Shown: piece after piece, positions 61,481-64,000 of the stretch
Position numbering within the stretch: position 1 is the first letter of the stretch
Layout: the number at the start of each line of letters is the position of its first letter
NCBI RefSeq assembly: GCF_024521635.1
Contig: NW_026250407.1
Coordinates: 1,240,001 to 1,304,000, forward strand
Length of the DNA stretch: 64,000 nucleotides
From: Tricharina praecox
Lineage: Eukaryota
Reading direction: 5' to 3'
The notes under the pieces: model-generated
The model's database searches: none
What the model saw: the letters and a program-made list of their open reading frames with translations, nothing else
What the model was told of the DNA's origin: nothing
Translations under genes and position numbers: made by a program

Positions 61481-64000
61481 AGTGGGTCTGCTGCGCGCGT
61501 TCTGTCTGTGATCTCGTCGTCCATGGTGACTGTGCAATCCGGTGCTCAGCTTCAGCTTCGTCCAATAGCACTGTCTCCGCTGTCCGTCCGGGATTCCCTA
61601 GGAAGGTAACCATCCGTTGTCCGAAGGCGCTGTCCGCTCCTACGAGGTCTCTCGCCTAGTTTCCCTTCAGGAGGCTGAGAAGTCCGAGGGCGAGGCGCCT
61701 ATCCCGGTCAAGCTGTGCTGCTGCCCGTTCTCGACCGCCTAAATACATTGTTTGCACGAGTAAGGTTGCATGTCGTGAGTGATAAGCCGTGGCGCACCTG
61801 CTCGAAGCACTCTCCTGGAAATTCCGGGAGTTCCTCCCTTCTTGGGCAGTATACGTGCATACCAAATCAGCATTCACGATTGCCAAAACAAATCATTCTC
61901 CAGGTCTATTCATAGGTAGGACGTTGATGAGATTTTCACCAGCTACGGTCACAGAACCTTGAATACACGGATTCCCGTCCGTTCAGCCCTAGGTGCATAC
62001 CTACATGTTAAGCAAGGTATCGCCAGGCTGTAGTACCGAGTACTGCAATGGGTGACCATGTGGGAATCCCTGGTAACTAACGTAGTTTCTACTTTGCCAT
62101 GGCGTACAAGTGGTGGCCCGACCTCTCCATTGGCGGCCAGGTGAGGCAAGATGTCATGCCACAAGCAAGTTGTTTACAGTTACCGGTATCATGCTGCTGG
62201 CAGGACATTGGTGACATACTTACCTGCTTACATACCGGTGCGGCAGCTGTGCCACAAGAATTTATATTTCCAATCTACCAACCAGACGAACCGCTTACAC
62301 GGTCCACCGATCTGGCCTCCGCAAAGCCATTTCTAGAGTACTCCAACATCGATTTGGCATCGCGGGTAATCCTCTACACACATAGCCGCGCGGTCCCTCC
62401 CATCTCCTCCTCCCCCTTGCCCCGGCTAGCACAGTCGCTCGTAACTACCTATTATTTCACGGTATTTACTGGCGACACTGAACGGTCTGTTCGATTATGA
62501 ATATCACTGCGCACGTGACCTCCACGGCATCGTAGAGTACTACTACTATTATTACCTAGTACCAGTACAAACATGGTAACGACACGCTAAATATGAGTCC
62601 AGGCACCAAGTGGGTATGTACTCATGTAGGTCGTAGATCTCGACCGCGGAAACCAGCGACGAAACCACAACACCAGATCCGCACCGTCTCGGTTTAAGGT
62701 TGCTGTCAGCGCACCAGGTATGTACCTACAATATACATGACTATCGCCCACGCAGTCCAGGGTATGCTACTCTCCTCTATGTACCAACATAGTTACATTG
62801 AGCGCACTACTCTTCTAGGTAACTATCATAGGCATGTTGTTATCATATCGACATACCTTCATACATACCCGGCACATGCGTGGGTACATACGGTACATAC
62901 GGTATTTACCTAGCCGCCCACGTTATGTAAAGCCACGCCCGGATCCATGCCAGCGTCAAGCATGCATGAAACTCGGCTCCGTTACATACGATCGCTTCAG
63001 CATCCCCGTCAGTCTCCCCGCGCGAGAGAGGGGCAACAGGGCAGGGCGCAGCGGCGCTCCATTCCTTTCCCTTCAATTTTTGCCTCTTTTTCCTTCAGGT
63101 CGCGGGGGAAAACAGCCCAGCCCGGGGCTGGATTCGGCGGGTGATGATGTGAATCGACCCGGAACGAATGCGGGTTTGCTAAAAGGGTTTCTGTCTTCTT
63201 TTCGCTTTCTCTTTCTCTTCCTGTTTTTGATTTTCACTCTTCGACGCCGCGGGGGTATGTACATAGAGTACGGTGCTCGCGCGCGCGCGGTTGCAGTTAT
63301 GCTTATATTTGCAGATTATATAGGTACCTAGTAAGTTACCTAGAGGTCCGCCGCCGGTACGTTTAGCCTGGCTGATCCAAGACCGGTGCTGCGGGCGAGG
63401 GGGGAGGGCGCCTCTGAAACCGTTTATGTACGAACACAGTTCTGCGACGGCGTGTGTATGAGCCACGGTCGTCCATGGGTTTCGTGTGCTATGTAAACCT
63501 ACCTGTGGGCGGTTTTTTCCTTTTCCTTTCTTTTGTTTCGGTGCAGTGGGAGTGCCATTGCCATTGGTGGGGTTCGGTTTCGTTGGAGACGATTGGAGAG
63601 GCGAGGAGGAGGAGGGACTCGGGAGGAGGTATATATGCTCGAGAATGTTGTTTCGTTTAGGCAAGAAGGAGTGGGCGGAGGACACAGACACGGAGAAGGT
63701 GAAGGAGAAGGGAAGGAGAATGTACTGCACATATGTAGTTCTGCGGCCCGTGAGTTCTCGGTTGGCTCTTCGAAGGCGGCGGTGGTGAGCCAAGATGTAC
63801 ATACGGTACATGCGGTACATTCAAGCGTCAAACGAGTCTGAAGACATCGTGCAAGGGTAGATATCCGTTCTCTGTGCAGTGATGACCCTAAAACGTCCTA
63901 GACTGCCACATACCACCCCCACCCACCCACGCCCGGCCAGTGGCCAGTGGACGTTGGTATGTATATAGGATCGTATACCCCTCTCCTCTCCCCTCACCTC

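Overview
Eukaryotic DNA from a filamentous ascomycete fungus, inferred from short GT-AG introns with CTRAC/CTAAC branch points and Pezizomycotina-type protein families. About 14 genes can be modelled by hand: RING-CH E3 ligase, ACS-family MFS transporter, small double-hevein protein, a 1169-aa secreted unknown, a TPR-like/MYND protein, GT8, a CLN3/Btn1-like protein, a single-pass membrane protein, a bilirubin-oxidase-type multicopper oxidase with a C-terminal hevein domain, a Pro-rich protein, a ferric reductase, a small basic protein, a secreted FAD oxidoreductase fused to a copper-monooxygenase-like domain, and a MARVEL protein. The most striking unexplained structure lies at about 38-61.5 kb: four copies (A-D) of a modular element with no intact ORF of its own. 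Each has a conserved TATA leader, then repeated units of GC-rich palindromes, most followed by a near-identical ~54-nt spliceosomal intron, interspersed with copy-specific host-gene fragments (an intron-containing IES2 piece, a precise SEC31 C-terminal insert, and others). Copies A and C form a ~1.45-kb near-identical inverted repeat and, with a 505-bp direct repeat just inside it, bracket a ~16-kb block of intact genes. No transposase, helicase or recombinase gene was recognised. All protein family calls come from motif recognition by eye; no database search was run.
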